Source of the DNA: an uncultured delta proteobacterium
GTDB taxonomy: Bacteria; Myxococcota_A; Polyangia; Fen-1088
Reading direction: 5' to 3'
DNA length: 64,000 nucleotides
Assembly (NCBI GenBank): GCA_963767925.1
Contig: CAVYGB010000008.1
Location: 1,440,001 to 1,504,000, forward strand
Shown here: in pieces, positions 19,801 through 29,268 of the stretch
Position numbering within the stretch: the first letter of the stretch is position 1
Layout: every line of letters starts with the position of its first letter
Position numbers and translations under genes: made by a program
Notes under the pieces: model-generated
The model's database searches: none
Seen by the model: only the letters and a program-made list of their open reading frames with translations
Told to the model about the DNA's origin: nothing

Positions 19801-20037
19801 GTGGGGCAGGCCCCGCTGCCGGCGAGCACCCAGCCGATCCCGGGTCCCGCCGCGCGCCAGAAGGCCGCCCTGCGGACGCCCATCGCCCGCCTGGCGCCGG
19901 CGCGCAAGCTGATCAAGCCCGCGCTGGCCCGGCCGGCGCTGGTCAAGGCGGGCGCCACCACGGCGCGCGCCGGGTCCAGGCCGGGCACGAACGTGCGGGC
20001 CGGATACAAGCCGGCCCGGCTGCGGCGAAAGCAGTAA
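16801..20037 (+). CDS. gspD: Type II secretion secretin D
   Basis: N-domain motifs (DERSNQLIV, DAATNSLVV) and secretin core (RKQVYVEAMILEV, NVLSTPHLL, VVIGGLM, KIPVLGDIPVLGFFF). Confidence 0.95.
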   Translation: MKKPFVANLLAYLLVSLAEGPHAMAMAQAPSPPAPLQAPPAAAQPATPPATQPAAPAAVQPTPPPSPAAEPPANAQPSGPPTPPPAPNPAGAPPPPPAGQPPGEPGATPGVRRRPGDVIRPSVRRTSRTTRPAAARPVTAPGTPAAPAPAPAQVGTPAPGSTPAGATGALPGASPSTPNVLLPTANPEGVMELPGEKEFNQCKKVPPGKRILKFSFKPETEITDLIGWISAISCTQFLIGGTPVAGKKVTVMSPQLITLEEAYRLFLGALESVNLTVEPMGKFLRIVDTSRARFSNLPFQKNGSVDPQQSDKRYVTRLFRFDHLDPNEVMNLYNQVRGEQGIAVAFQGSLIITDQAVMLDRFGEIIRELDQPSVIKEKIWMVRVRNTSATEMAGRLAEIFAVQQMGTGGRRVGGAPGMPVSAPPPPAAGARSPQTVKRVDLASQLSITKLIPDERSNQLIVVANEQAYEWLLTIMKKLDVPIEGGGDGRFHIYYCEHANCDELAATLSAVTGVSVIGGVGARRTSRTSVPGAPAPPIAPSPTQNAQGQQPSQLFEGDVRVTFDAATNSLVVYSSLKDFQSLRRVIEKLDGPRKQVYVEAMILEVLLDKSRDMGVAYHGGKGLSVGGYDSVALGGFDAGKTLSPASLAGDLVGLAGAVFGPALEASTSRLFGTQVDIPSFGAFIKLLQKNNDVNVLSTPHLLITNNQEGEISVGQRLPFPGGFLGGFGGGIPGQQAAGGLGGLLGGTSVTREDVSLRMKLIPSVNEYNMIRLDVDVEISDLASPNFNGLGPATTKRTAKTPVVCKDQQTVVIGGLMSDRQSDTVSKIPVLGDIPVLGFFFRNTSKQLVKSNIIIALTPYVINDMEDLRRVAEKKMRERREFIERFSAVEDKADFDASIDYRRKRGMLEEINRAAREIDDEEAALRVIRERELQDESTPIEPPGQGRPRAGEPGGPAGTTTPASSKEPVKPEPPVPAATEQPAPAPQAAPVKPPAPAGDRREVGQAPLPASTQPIPGPAARQKAALRTPIARLAPARKLIKPALARPALVKAGATTARAGSRPGTNVRAGYKPARLRRKQ

Positions 20038-20042
20038 CGGAG

Positions 20043-21791
20043 ATGGTGCAAAAGCGCATCGGCGAGATCCTTGTCGAGAGGGAGGGCCTGTCGCCCGACC
20101 TCCTCGAGCAGGCCCTCGCCAACCAGGAGAAGGAGGGGGGCCGCCTGGGCGAGGTGCTGGTCAAGATGCGGGCCGCCACCGAGGAGGCGGTCTTGCGGGC
20201 CCTCGGCATCCAGCTCGGCATCGGCTTCTCCGCCGAGCTCCGGCTCGACGAGGTGGACGGCGATCTGGCGACCCGCGTCCCCATCGGGTTCTCCAAGCAG
20301 CACCGGGCCTTGCCGGTCAAGCGGGAGGGCGACGGGGTGCTCGTCGCCACCGCCGATCCCCTCGATCTGGGGGCCCTCGACGACATCCGGGCCCTGCTCG
20401 GCACCGACATCTTCCCCATCCTGGTCCCCTCGCAGAAGATCCTCGACGCCATCAACCACGTCCATGGCCAGCGCCACGACAAGGGCGGCGAGCTCGGCGA
20501 GACCGAAGAGGACGAGATGGCGGCGGTCGCCGAGGAGCTCGTCGACATCCTCGACGTCAACGACGAGGCGCCCATCATCCGCTGGGTCAACTCGCTGCTC
20601 TTCAACGGCGTCAAGGAGCGGGCCAGCGATATCCACATCGAGCCCGGAGAAAAGGAGGTCATCGTCCGCTACCGCATCGACGGGGTCCTCTACGAGAAGC
20701 GGCACGCCGCCCGGCAGTTTCTCCCTTCGATCATCGCCCGCGTGAAGATCATGGCCGGCCTCAACATCGCCGAGAAGCGGCTGCCCCAGGACGGCCGCAT
20801 CCGCCGCAAGATCGCCGGCAAGGACATCGACATGCGCGTCGCCACCGCCCCCACCGTCAAGGGCGGCGAACGGATCACGATCCGCCTCCTCGACCGGGAG
20901 AACGTGCTGCACGACCTGGCCGACATCGGCTTCGGCGACGACCACCTCAAGGCGATGGACGATCTGATCCATCGACCCCACGGCATCTTGCTGGTCACCG
21001 GCCCCACCGGCTCGGGCAAGACCACCACGCTTTACGCGGCGCTCTCGCGGATCAACTCCCCCGACCTCAACATCCTCACCATCGAGGATCCGGTGGAGTA
21101 TCAGCTCGACGGGATCTCGCAGGTGGCGGTCAACGACAAGATCGATCTCACCTTCGCGACCGGCCTGCGCTCCTTCCTCCGCCACGACCCCGACGTCATC
21201 ATGGTGGGCGAGATCCGGGATCTCCCCACCGCCGAGATCGCCATCCAGGCCTCGCTGACCGGCCACCTCGTGCTCTCCACCATCCACACCAACGACGCCG
21301 CGGGGGCCATCACCCGCCTCGTCGAGCTGGGGGTGCAGCCCTTCCTCGTCGCCACCTCCCTGGTGGGCCTGCTGGCCCAGCGGCTCGTGCGGCGGGTCTG
21401 CCCCGACTGCCGTCAGCTCTACCGTCCCCCGGCCGAGGACCTGACCAGCCTGGGCCTCGACCCCGAGGCCTTCTTCGCCGGGCGCGCCCGGCGGGCGGTC
21501 TTCAAGAACGAGTCTCCTCCCACCCCCGGGATGTTGTTCGGCGCCCGCGAAGGCGGGTGCTCGAACTGCCTGGGCGCGGGCTACCGGGGACGGACCGCCA
21601 TCTACGAGCTGCTCATGGTCGACGACACAATCCGCCAGCTCGCCAACAAGAACACCGACGGACCGACCATCAAGAAGACCGCGGTCAGCCGCGGCCTGCG
21701 GACGCTGCGCGACGACGGCGCCCAGAAGGTGCTGGCCGGGCTGACCACCGCCGCGGAGGTCCTCATGCTGACCGCCGAGGACGTGGATTAA
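20043..21791 (+). CDS. gspE: Type II secretion ATPase E
   Basis: Start MVQKRIGEILV; RASDIHIEP, RLPQDGRI, GPTGSGKTT, TIEDPVEY, DPDVIMVGEIRD, tetra-Cys motif. Confidence 0.96.
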   Translation: MVQKRIGEILVEREGLSPDLLEQALANQEKEGGRLGEVLVKMRAATEEAVLRALGIQLGIGFSAELRLDEVDGDLATRVPIGFSKQHRALPVKREGDGVLVATADPLDLGALDDIRALLGTDIFPILVPSQKILDAINHVHGQRHDKGGELGETEEDEMAAVAEELVDILDVNDEAPIIRWVNSLLFNGVKERASDIHIEPGEKEVIVRYRIDGVLYEKRHAARQFLPSIIARVKIMAGLNIAEKRLPQDGRIRRKIAGKDIDMRVATAPTVKGGERITIRLLDRENVLHDLADIGFGDDHLKAMDDLIHRPHGILLVTGPTGSGKTTTLYAALSRINSPDLNILTIEDPVEYQLDGISQVAVNDKIDLTFATGLRSFLRHDPDVIMVGEIRDLPTAEIAIQASLTGHLVLSTIHTNDAAGAITRLVELGVQPFLVATSLVGLLAQRLVRRVCPDCRQLYRPPAEDLTSLGLDPEAFFAGRARRAVFKNESPPTPGMLFGAREGGCSNCLGAGYRGRTAIYELLMVDDTIRQLANKNTDGPTIKKTAVSRGLRTLRDDGAQKVLAGLTTAAEVLMLTAEDVD

Positions 21792-21794
21792 GCG

Positions 21795-23066
21795 ATGCCC
21801 CTTTACGCCTGGAAGGGTCTCGACGCCGGCGGCAAGACCATCAACGGTACGCGGGAGGCCGACGGCCCCAAGATGCTGCGGCAGGTCCTGCGCAAGGACG
21901 CCGTCTTCCTCACCGACATGCGGGAGGTCTCGGCGGGCAAGGCCAACGCCAAGGCCAGCGGGGCGGGGGCGGCCGCCGCCCCAGGCCAGTCTGTGTTCAA
22001 GCGGGAGGTCGACCTCGGGCGCCTGCTCGAGCGGGTCCGCCCGCAGGAGGTGTCGATCTTCACCCGCCAGCTCGCCACCCTGCTCAAGGCCGGCATCCCG
22101 CTGGCCGAGGGGCTCTCGGCGCTGGCCGAGCAGTCGGACAACCGCAAGCTGCAACTCATCCTGGCCGGCATCCGCCAGCGGGTGAACGAGGGGGGGGCCC
22201 TCGCCGAGGCGATGGCCCAGCACAACAAGGTCTTCCCCGAGCTGTACACGAACATGGTCCGGTCGGGCGAGGCGGCCGGCAACCTCGACGCCGTCCTGGC
22301 CCGCCTGGCCGAGTTCCTCGACGAGCAGATCGCCCTGCGCTCGAAGGTCTCGGGGGCCCTCACCTATCCCCTCGTGATGGCCGGTCTCGGCAGCGTGGTG
22401 ATGGCCATCCTCATGGTGGTGGTCATCCCCCAGATCGCGACCGTGTTCGAGGACTCGGGCAAGGCCTTGCCCTGGAACACCCAGCTCCTCATCTTCATGG
22501 CGCACATCGCCGGCGGCTACTGGTGGGCCGTCATTCCCATCCTGATCGTCGGCGTCATCGTGGTTCGTCGCTGGACCCAGACGGCCCGGGGGCGAGCGGT
22601 TGTGGATCGTGTGAGCCTGCGAATGTGGGTGGTGGGTCCGCTGCTCCGCTTCGTGGCGATGGCCCGCTTCTCCCGCACCCTCGCCACCATGCTGGCCTCG
22701 GGCGTACCCCTGCTGACCGCCCTCGAGATCGTCAAGAAGGTGCTCAACAACGTGGTGCTCGAGAAGGTTGTCGAGGAGGCCCGCGACACCATCCGGGAGG
22801 GCGAATCGATCGCGGTGACCCTCAAGCGTTCCGGTCAGTTCCCGGCCATGATGTGCCACATGATCGCAGTGGGGGAGCGGTCCGGCCAGCTCGAGTCGAT
22901 GCTGGAGAACGTGGCCGAGGCTTACGAGCGCGACGTCGAGTCCAAGGTGGCGCGGCTGACGGCGCTGCTGTCGCCGCTGATGATCGTCATCATGGGGATC
23001 GGGGTGGGGTTCATGGTTTTCTCCATCCTGGGCCCCATCATGGGGATGCAGGAAATGGTTCAGTGA
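21795..23066 (+). CDS. gspF: Type II secretion inner-membrane platform protein F
   Basis: FTRQLATLLKAGIPL, GEAAGNLD, ALTYP, GERSGQLE. Confidence 0.96.
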   Translation: MPLYAWKGLDAGGKTINGTREADGPKMLRQVLRKDAVFLTDMREVSAGKANAKASGAGAAAAPGQSVFKREVDLGRLLERVRPQEVSIFTRQLATLLKAGIPLAEGLSALAEQSDNRKLQLILAGIRQRVNEGGALAEAMAQHNKVFPELYTNMVRSGEAAGNLDAVLARLAEFLDEQIALRSKVSGALTYPLVMAGLGSVVMAILMVVVIPQIATVFEDSGKALPWNTQLLIFMAHIAGGYWWAVIPILIVGVIVVRRWTQTARGRAVVDRVSLRMWVVGPLLRFVAMARFSRTLATMLASGVPLLTALEIVKKVLNNVVLEKVVEEARDTIREGESIAVTLKRSGQFPAMMCHMIAVGERSGQLESMLENVAEAYERDVESKVARLTALLSPLMIVIMGIGVGFMVFSILGPIMGMQEMVQ

Positions 23067-23083
23067 GCGGAGGAACAACGAAA

Positions 23084-23515
23084 ATGAAACGTACGATGGA
23101 AACCTTGCAGCTTCGCTGGCGACAGCGCGGAAAAGGCGGGGGCGGGCACGAGGCGGGCATGACCCTGCTCGAGATCATGATCGTGATCGCCCTCATCGGC
23201 CTCGTCATGGGGTCGATCGGGTTCGGCCTCAACGCCTACTTCAAGAAGGGCCAGATCAAGACCGCCAAGATCGCGGTCACCCAGATCTCCCAGGCCGCCC
23301 AGCAGTACATGATGGAAAACAACAGCAACTGCCCCAACGGGGTCGACGACCTCGTCAACAACCGCAACCTGGCCAAGAAGCCCCGCGATCCCTGGGGCCG
23401 CGAATACGTCCTCAAGTGCCCGGGCACCGGCGACCCCGACGGGGTCGACGTGACCTCCACCGGGCCGGACCGCCAGGAGGGCAGCGCCGACGACATCAAG
23501 TCCTGGGATCAATAA
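23084..23515 (+). CDS. gspG: Major pseudopilin G
   Basis: Prepilin motif AG|MTLLEIMIVIALIG, plus DPWGREY and STGPDRQEGSADDI. Shine-Dalgarno GGAGG upstream. Confidence 0.93.
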   Translation: MKRTMETLQLRWRQRGKGGGGHEAGMTLLEIMIVIALIGLVMGSIGFGLNAYFKKGQIKTAKIAVTQISQAAQQYMMENNSNCPNGVDDLVNNRNLAKKPRDPWGREYVLKCPGTGDPDGVDVTSTGPDRQEGSADDIKSWDQ

Positions 23516-23554
23516 CGGAGGCGACGGCGCGAGGTCTGGCAGGGAGCTGAGTCG

Positions 23555-24301
23555 ATGAACGGGGGCGAGACGCGAGCACGGGTGCGGGCGGGCGGGTTCA
23601 CGCTGCTCGAGATGATGTTCGTGCTGGGCCTGGTCGGGCTGCTGAGCGCCTCGGTGGTGACCGGCTTCCGCTCGTTCGCCAAGAGCGAGCTGCGCGGATC
23701 CGCCTCCAAGCTCGCGGGGGCCATCCGCTACCTGTTCGACCGGGCCTCCACCACCGGCAAGATCCACCGCCTCGTTTTCGACTTCGAGGAGGGCAAGTAC
23801 TGGGCGGAGGTGTCCGACGACCGGTTCTTCATGCCCCGGGAGCGCGAGACCGACGAGAGCCGGCAGCGGGACGTCGAGGTCGAGGCGGAGCGGTTGAAGG
23901 CGGAGAAGGAGGCGGAGGAGCGGGGCACCTCGTACTCCGACGACGAGGCCCTCCTCGATCCCTCCCGCTATCAGCCGACCGAGTGGAAGCCCAAGCGGGC
24001 CCGCTTCGAGATGTTCGCCGAGAAGGCCCTCAAGACGGTCGAGCTCCGCAACGCCAAGCTGGCCGGGCTGTTCACCCCCCGCTACGCCCAGCCCATCGCC
24101 ACCGGCAAGGGGTACCTCTACTTCTTCCCGCTGGGCCAGACCGAGCCCGCCATCGTGCACGTCTCGGACGCGGAGGGGGAGTCGTTCTTCTCGCTGCTGG
24201 TGCATCCCCTGAACGGGCGGGTCCAGGTCCAGGCCGGCTATGTCGCCCCCCGCGTCGATGAGCAGTTCGACGACGAGGGGAACCGGGTCGATGAAAAATG
24301 A
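23555..24301 (+). CDS. gspH: Minor pseudopilin H
   Basis: GG|FTLLEMMFVL prepilin motif; position after gspG. Confidence 0.85.
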   Translation: MNGGETRARVRAGGFTLLEMMFVLGLVGLLSASVVTGFRSFAKSELRGSASKLAGAIRYLFDRASTTGKIHRLVFDFEEGKYWAEVSDDRFFMPRERETDESRQRDVEVEAERLKAEKEAEERGTSYSDDEALLDPSRYQPTEWKPKRARFEMFAEKALKTVELRNAKLAGLFTPRYAQPIATGKGYLYFFPLGQTEPAIVHVSDAEGESFFSLLVHPLNGRVQVQAGYVAPRVDEQFDDEGNRVDEK

Positions 24302-24981
24302 GACGCCAGCTCCACCCCGCGGGCGGATTCTCCCTGCTCGAGGTCATGGTCGCGCTGGCCATCCTGGCGATGGCCCTGGTGGTGCTGATCGGGATCACCA
24401 CCGACAACGTTCGCAACACCCAGCACGCCAAGATGGTCACCATCGCCACCTTCCTGGCCCGGACCAAGATGGCCGAGATCGAGGACCTGGTCCTCGAGGA
24501 GGGCTTCACCGAGAACGACTCGGAGGAGGAGGGGGACTTCTCGGCCGAGGGCTGGCCCCAGATCTTCTGGAAGACGCTCATCGAGAAGATCGAGCTGCCC
24601 TCGGACATCGCCCAGCAGACCCAGGAGGCCGCCCAGGGGGCCATGGACGAGCAGAGCGACAACCCACTGGCGGCGATGGCCGGCTTCATGGGGGGCTTCA
24701 TGTCCACCTTGATCGAGCCGGTCCGGGTGGGCCTGGAAGAATCGGTCCGGCGGGTCACGGTGAGGGTCTCCTGGCACGAGGTGGGGCGCCCCGATCGCTC
24801 GTTCGAGGTCGACACCTTCATGACCGATCCCGCGAAGCTGGACCTGGCGGTCCAGGCGATCGGCCAGCCGCCGGGCGGCGCCAACCCCCAGGGCGGCACC
24901 CAGCCTCAGCAACCGGGAGGCACCCGGCCGCCCGGCGTGCAGCCCCCAGCCAACCAGCCACCGCCCGGAGGCAGCCGATGA
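24298..24981 (+). CDS. gspI: Minor pseudopilin I
   Basis: GG|FSLLEVMVALAILA, VRRVTVRVSW; ATGA overlap with gspH. Confidence 0.87.
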   Translation: MRRQLHPAGGFSLLEVMVALAILAMALVVLIGITTDNVRNTQHAKMVTIATFLARTKMAEIEDLVLEEGFTENDSEEEGDFSAEGWPQIFWKTLIEKIELPSDIAQQTQEAAQGAMDEQSDNPLAAMAGFMGGFMSTLIEPVRVGLEESVRRVTVRVSWHEVGRPDRSFEVDTFMTDPAKLDLAVQAIGQPPGGANPQGGTQPQQPGGTRPPGVQPPANQPPPGGSR

Positions 24982-25694
24982 CCAGCCCTCACCCGGTCCC
25001 CCGGTCCCGGTCCCGCGAAGGGGCCGCCGGCTTCACCTTGCTGGAGGTCATCCTCGCCTTCGCCATCCTCGGCTTCATCACCACCATCCTCTGGGGCAGC
25101 TTCACCCAGACCGCCGCCATCAAGAAGCGCACCGAAGCGACGCAGGAGCGGGCCCACGCCGCCCGGGTGGCGCTGATGCGCCTGTCGCGCGAGCTGGAGA
25201 TGGCCTTCCTGTCCGACTCGGAGAACCCCTTCGCCACCGAGCGGCGTACGATGTTCATCTCCACCGCCCACCGGGAGGTCGACGAGCTGCGCTTCTCCTG
25301 GTTCGGTCGCCAGCGCCTGCGGGGCGACATCCCCGAGGCCGACAGCTCCCTGGTGATGTATTACGCCGAGCCCGACCCGGATGACCGGGCGGTCCTCAAC
25401 CTCATGCGACGGGAGACCCGCCGCCTGGAGGCCTCCGACCCCCGCACGGTGCTCGGGGAGTCTTACGTGCTTTGCCCCGGCATCTCCCGGGTCAAGTTCT
25501 CCTTCTTCGACTACAAGAAGAAGGAGTGGCGCGAGGAGTGGACCACGGTGGGCGTCGACGGCCTCCAGTACCTGCCCACCCACGTGCGCATCCAGCTCAC
25601 CATCTTCGACGAGCGGGGCGAGGAGAAGACCTTCACCAGCTCGGCCCGGATCATGATGACCGAGCGGGTCGCCTACCGGCCGGTGCGCTCGTGA
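24978..25694 (+). CDS. gspJ: Minor pseudopilin J
   Basis: AG|FTLLEVILAFAIL, LPTHVRIQL; ATGA overlap with gspI. Confidence 0.87.
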   Translation: MTSPHPVPRSRSREGAAGFTLLEVILAFAILGFITTILWGSFTQTAAIKKRTEATQERAHAARVALMRLSRELEMAFLSDSENPFATERRTMFISTAHREVDELRFSWFGRQRLRGDIPEADSSLVMYYAEPDPDDRAVLNLMRRETRRLEASDPRTVLGESYVLCPGISRVKFSFFDYKKKEWREEWTTVGVDGLQYLPTHVRIQLTIFDERGEEKTFTSSARIMMTERVAYRPVRS

Positions 25695-27040
25695 GGATCG
25701 CCCTGCGCCTGCTGCTCCAGCGCTTCCGGGCCCGCAAGCAGCGCGACGGCGAGAGTGGGGTGGCGCTCCTGATGAGCATCTCCATGCTGGCGCTGCTCAT
25801 CGCCCTCACCTCGGAGTTCACCTACAGCACGAGCATCCACGCCATGCAGGCGGCCAACGCCCGCGACGAGGTGCGGGCCCACTACCTGGCCCGCTCCGCC
25901 GTCTCGATCTCCCGCCTGCTCATCAAGATCCAGCAGCGCTTCGTCGAGCCCGTGATGCGCCAGGCCCAGCAACTGCTGAGCCAGGCCACCGGGGGGGACC
26001 TGGCGGTCAGCCTGCGCCTGACCGACTACGCCGGCCCCATCATGGGCTTTTTCGGGGGCTCCAAGGAAGAAGTGAAGATGCTCGGCAGCCTCGTCGGCAT
26101 CGACGTGGGCGAGGCCAAGGGGCTGGGCCTCAAGGCCGGCAACATGGACGCCGAGATCTCCACCGAAGACGGGAAGATCGACATCAACTGCGGCAGCGGG
26201 CAGACCGCCACCCGCCCCCGGCAGATCACGGTGTTCCGCCTGCTCTCGGCCCTGTTCTATTCGCCCCGCTACAACAACCTGTTCTCCGAGCCGAACGCCC
26301 AGGGTCAGATCATCGAGCGGACCGACCTGGCCCGGGCCATCGTGGACTGGGCCGACGGCGACGTGCAGGGCTTCAGCGTCGAACCGGGAGGAGGCGGCTC
26401 CGAGGACTACCGTTACGACGCCGGGCGGGACCGCTACCGGGCCCACGACAACAGCTACGACACGGTAGAGGAGGTCGGGCTGGTGCGGGGCATGGACGCC
26501 CGCATGCTCGAGGCCTTCTTGCCCTATCTGACGGTCTACGCGAGCGATCAGCGCCAGAACTGCCGGGTCAACCTGGCCTCGATCAAGGGAGACTGCACCC
26601 CCTTGCTGGTCGGGCTCATCCGGGCGGCCCTCATCCGCGATCCCAACCGGCCCCCCAGCGACCCCACCATCCTCGACGACAACCGGGTCTACCCCCTGGC
26701 CAGCATCCTGTGCGAGCGAGGGACGGCGGTGGGGTTCGACAGCATCGACACCATCGTCTCGGTCCTGTCGAACCCCCAGGCCTCCATCGCCCGCGACGAT
26801 CCCCGCTACGCCCTCATGCAGACCATGCGCGGGTTGACCATCACCCGCGGGGATCTCGAGCAGGTGGCCTACGTGGGCGAGCCCCGGGTGTACCGGATCG
26901 TCGCCACCGGCGAGGCGGGCAAGGTGAAAAAGAAGATCACCGCCATCCTCGATACCGCCCGCTCCCTGGACAACCCCGTGACCCAGAACCCCCAGGCCGA
27001 AAAAGCGGCCGGCGTCTTGCAGTACTGGCGTGAAGAGTAA
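25691..27040 (+). CDS. gspK: Minor pseudopilin K
   Basis: [12 protein letters not shown] (no E5, typical of GspK), [25 protein letters not shown]-terminal YWREE. Confidence 0.9.
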   Translation: MRIALRLLLQRFRARKQRDGESGVALLMSISMLALLIALTSEFTYSTSIHAMQAANARDEVRAHYLARSAVSISRLLIKIQQRFVEPVMRQAQQLLSQATGGDLAVSLRLTDYAGPIMGFFGGSKEEVKMLGSLVGIDVGEAKGLGLKAGNMDAEISTEDGKIDINCGSGQTATRPRQITVFRLLSALFYSPRYNNLFSEPNAQGQIIERTDLARAIVDWADGDVQGFSVEPGGGGSEDYRYDAGRDRYRAHDNSYDTVEEVGLVRGMDARMLEAFLPYLTVYASDQRQNCRVNLASIKGDCTPLLVGLIRAALIRDPNRPPSDPTILDDNRVYPLASILCERGTAVGFDSIDTIVSVLSNPQASIARDDPRYALMQTMRGLTITRGDLEQVAYVGEPRVYRIVATGEAGKVKKKITAILDTARSLDNPVTQNPQAEKAAGVLQYWREE

Positions 27041-27046
27041 AGGCAC

Positions 27047-28630
27047 ATGGCACACACCATCGTCGGCGTCGATCTCGGTTCCCACGCGGTCAAGTTCGCG
27101 GTCATCGAGGCGGGGTTCCGCCAGTCGCGCTCCCTGGAGTCCTTCGCCGAGCTGGTCACCCCCGGTGAGACCCCCCTGGCCGAGCGGCAGGGGGAGGCCC
27201 TGCGGCGGGGGCTCGAGCGGCTCGGCCGGGAGGCCACCTTGTACCTGGCCATGCCCGGCGAGCTGCTGACCGTGCGGGTGATGGATCTGCCCTTCTCCGA
27301 TCCCCGCAAGATCGAGCAGGTGGTGGGCTACGAGCTGGAGGGACAGATCGTCAACCCGCTGTCGGAGATGGTGTTCGACCACCAGATCCTGCGCACGCCC
27401 GGCCCCGAGGGGACCGCCGTCATGGCGGTGGCAGCGCGCATCGAGGACGTGGGGGCCTTGCTGGCCGATCTCGGGTCTTACGGGCTGCACCCCCGCAGCC
27501 TCTATCCGGCTCCCCTGGTCTACGACGCCCTCTTGCAGGACGAGGGGGCGGTCGCGGAGGGGACCCTGCCAGCCTGCCGGGTGATCATCGACGTGGGACA
27601 CCTGCGCACCAACGTCTGCGTCCTGCAGGGGAGCGAGGCGGTGTTCGCCCGGACCATCTTGCGGGGTGGGGCCAGCCTCACCGGCGCGATCGCCCAGGCT
27701 TACCACTGCGACGAGGGCGCGGCCGAGGAGCTCAAGCGAAGCGTCGGCCTGGGCGCGGCCCGCCCGGTGGGGCGGACCGACGCCGAGTCGATCGGGGTGG
27801 TGCTGAACCAGGCGCTGGTGCCGCTGCTGCGCGACCTGCGACAGACGCTGGCCAGCGTGCGGGCCCGGGTGCGCACGCCCATCGAGACGGTGCTGCTCAC
27901 CGGCGGCTCGGCCCGGTTGCCGGGGCTGGCCGACTACCTCGGCGAGGAGCTCGGCCTGCCGGTGACGATGTGGGACGGCGGACTGTCCGCCGACCTGCCC
28001 CGGGTCGACGAGGAGCCCACCGCGCCGACCTCGCGCGACATGCGCTTCGCCCTGGCCTCGGCGGTGGCCTGGGCCGGCGCCCGGGGCGGCAAGCAGATCG
28101 ACCTGCGGCGTGGTCCTTTCGTCTACAAGGCCAGCCTGTCGGTCCTGCGGCAAAGGGCGCTGCGCGTGGGGGCGCTCGCGGCGGCGGTGTTGCTCTGCGT
28201 GGCGGTCGACACGACGATGACCCTGGCTCGCCTGCGGGGCGAACGGGACCTGCTGCAGGCCCGGCTCAAGGCCCAGACCCAGGAGCTGTTCGGGGAGCCG
28301 CGGCTCGACGGCCGGCAAGTGGCCACCCTGCTCAAACGAAGCTTCAAGGACGAGATGGCGCCCATCCCCAGGGCCTCGGCCTACGACATCCTCGGCGAGA
28401 TCTCCCGGCGGGCGCCGACCGGCGACGCCATCAAGCTCGACATCACCGAGCTCGACATCAAGCCCAAGAAGATCTTCATCCGGGGCACCGTCGAGTCGTA
28501 CCCCGCGGTCGATGAGCTGCAACAGCGGCTCAGCGAGAGCGAGTGCATCGAAGAGGTCACCAAGGGATCGATCAGCGAGGTCTCGGGGGGGGCGAAGATG
28601 TTCACCCTGACCATCGTCTCCAAGTGCTGA
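27047..28630 (+). CDS. gspL: Type II secretion protein L (PilM-like cytoplasmic domain, TM, periplasmic domain)
   Basis: VGVDLGSHAVK, IIDVGHLRTNV, LLTGGSARLPGL actin-like fold; position between gspK and gspM. Confidence 0.88.
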   Translation: MAHTIVGVDLGSHAVKFAVIEAGFRQSRSLESFAELVTPGETPLAERQGEALRRGLERLGREATLYLAMPGELLTVRVMDLPFSDPRKIEQVVGYELEGQIVNPLSEMVFDHQILRTPGPEGTAVMAVAARIEDVGALLADLGSYGLHPRSLYPAPLVYDALLQDEGAVAEGTLPACRVIIDVGHLRTNVCVLQGSEAVFARTILRGGASLTGAIAQAYHCDEGAAEELKRSVGLGAARPVGRTDAESIGVVLNQALVPLLRDLRQTLASVRARVRTPIETVLLTGGSARLPGLADYLGEELGLPVTMWDGGLSADLPRVDEEPTAPTSRDMRFALASAVAWAGARGGKQIDLRRGPFVYKASLSVLRQRALRVGALAAAVLLCVAVDTTMTLARLRGERDLLQARLKAQTQELFGEPRLDGRQVATLLKRSFKDEMAPIPRASAYDILGEISRRAPTGDAIKLDITELDIKPKKIFIRGTVESYPAVDELQQRLSESECIEEVTKGSISEVSGGAKMFTLTIVSKC

Positions 28631-28641
28631 AAGGGAACGGA

Positions 28642-29268
28642 ATGAGCCTACGCACAGCGATGTCGAATGCCTTCCGGCGCCCGGCGGCCATCTTCGCCCG
28701 CGAATGGAACCGTACCGCCCCGCGCGAGCGGCGCCTGGTCGGCATCCTGGGGGGCACCGTGCTGGCCGTGCTGGTGGTCGTGGTGGCGCTGCTCACCGCC
28801 CAGACCGTCGCCGAGATCAAGGAGACCAACGAGGCCGCCCGGGAGGCCCTGGCCGCCATCGCCAAGCACCGCGACGAGTTCCTGGAGGCCAAGGGACGCA
28901 TGCTCGCGCAGGAGGTACGCATCGGCAGCGAGCAGCCCCAGCTCGCCGCCGACCTCGACGCCGCCGCCAGCGAGGCCGGGATCCAGATCCCGGAGAACGT
29001 CCCCCGGGCGTCGGTGCCAGCGGGACGCCGCTTCCTCGAGCACAGCGTGGACGTGACCCTGCGCCAGGTGGATCTGCTGTCGCTCAGCAAGTTCCTCTCC
29101 AAGCTCGAGACCGGCCGGCGCCTCATCGTGATCAGCCGGATGAACATCAAGCGGGTCTTCGGCGAGGGGGAGAAGCTCAACGTCTGGATGACCGCGACCA
29201 CCTACGAGAAGGTGGCGGACACCAAGCGCAAGCCGGCCACCACCCCGGCGCCGCGGGAGCGCACATGA
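28642..29268 (+). CDS. gspM: Type II secretion protein M
   Basis: W...PRERRLV followed by a TM helix and a ferredoxin-like periplasmic part (VDVTLRQVDL...FLSKLE). Confidence 0.85.
   Translation: MSLRTAMSNAFRRPAAIFAREWNRTAPRERRLVGILGGTVLAVLVVVVALLTAQTVAEIKETNEAAREALAAIAKHRDEFLEAKGRMLAQEVRIGSEQPQLAADLDAAASEAGIQIPENVPRASVPAGRRFLEHSVDVTLRQVDLLSLSKFLSKLETGRRLIVISRMNIKRVFGEGEKLNVWMTATTYEKVADTKRKPATTPAPRERT

Noticed and set aside
27047..28630. pilM / type IV pilus gene
   Set aside because: The PilM-like fold is fused to a TM and periplasmic domain and lies between gspK and gspM, so it is GspL.
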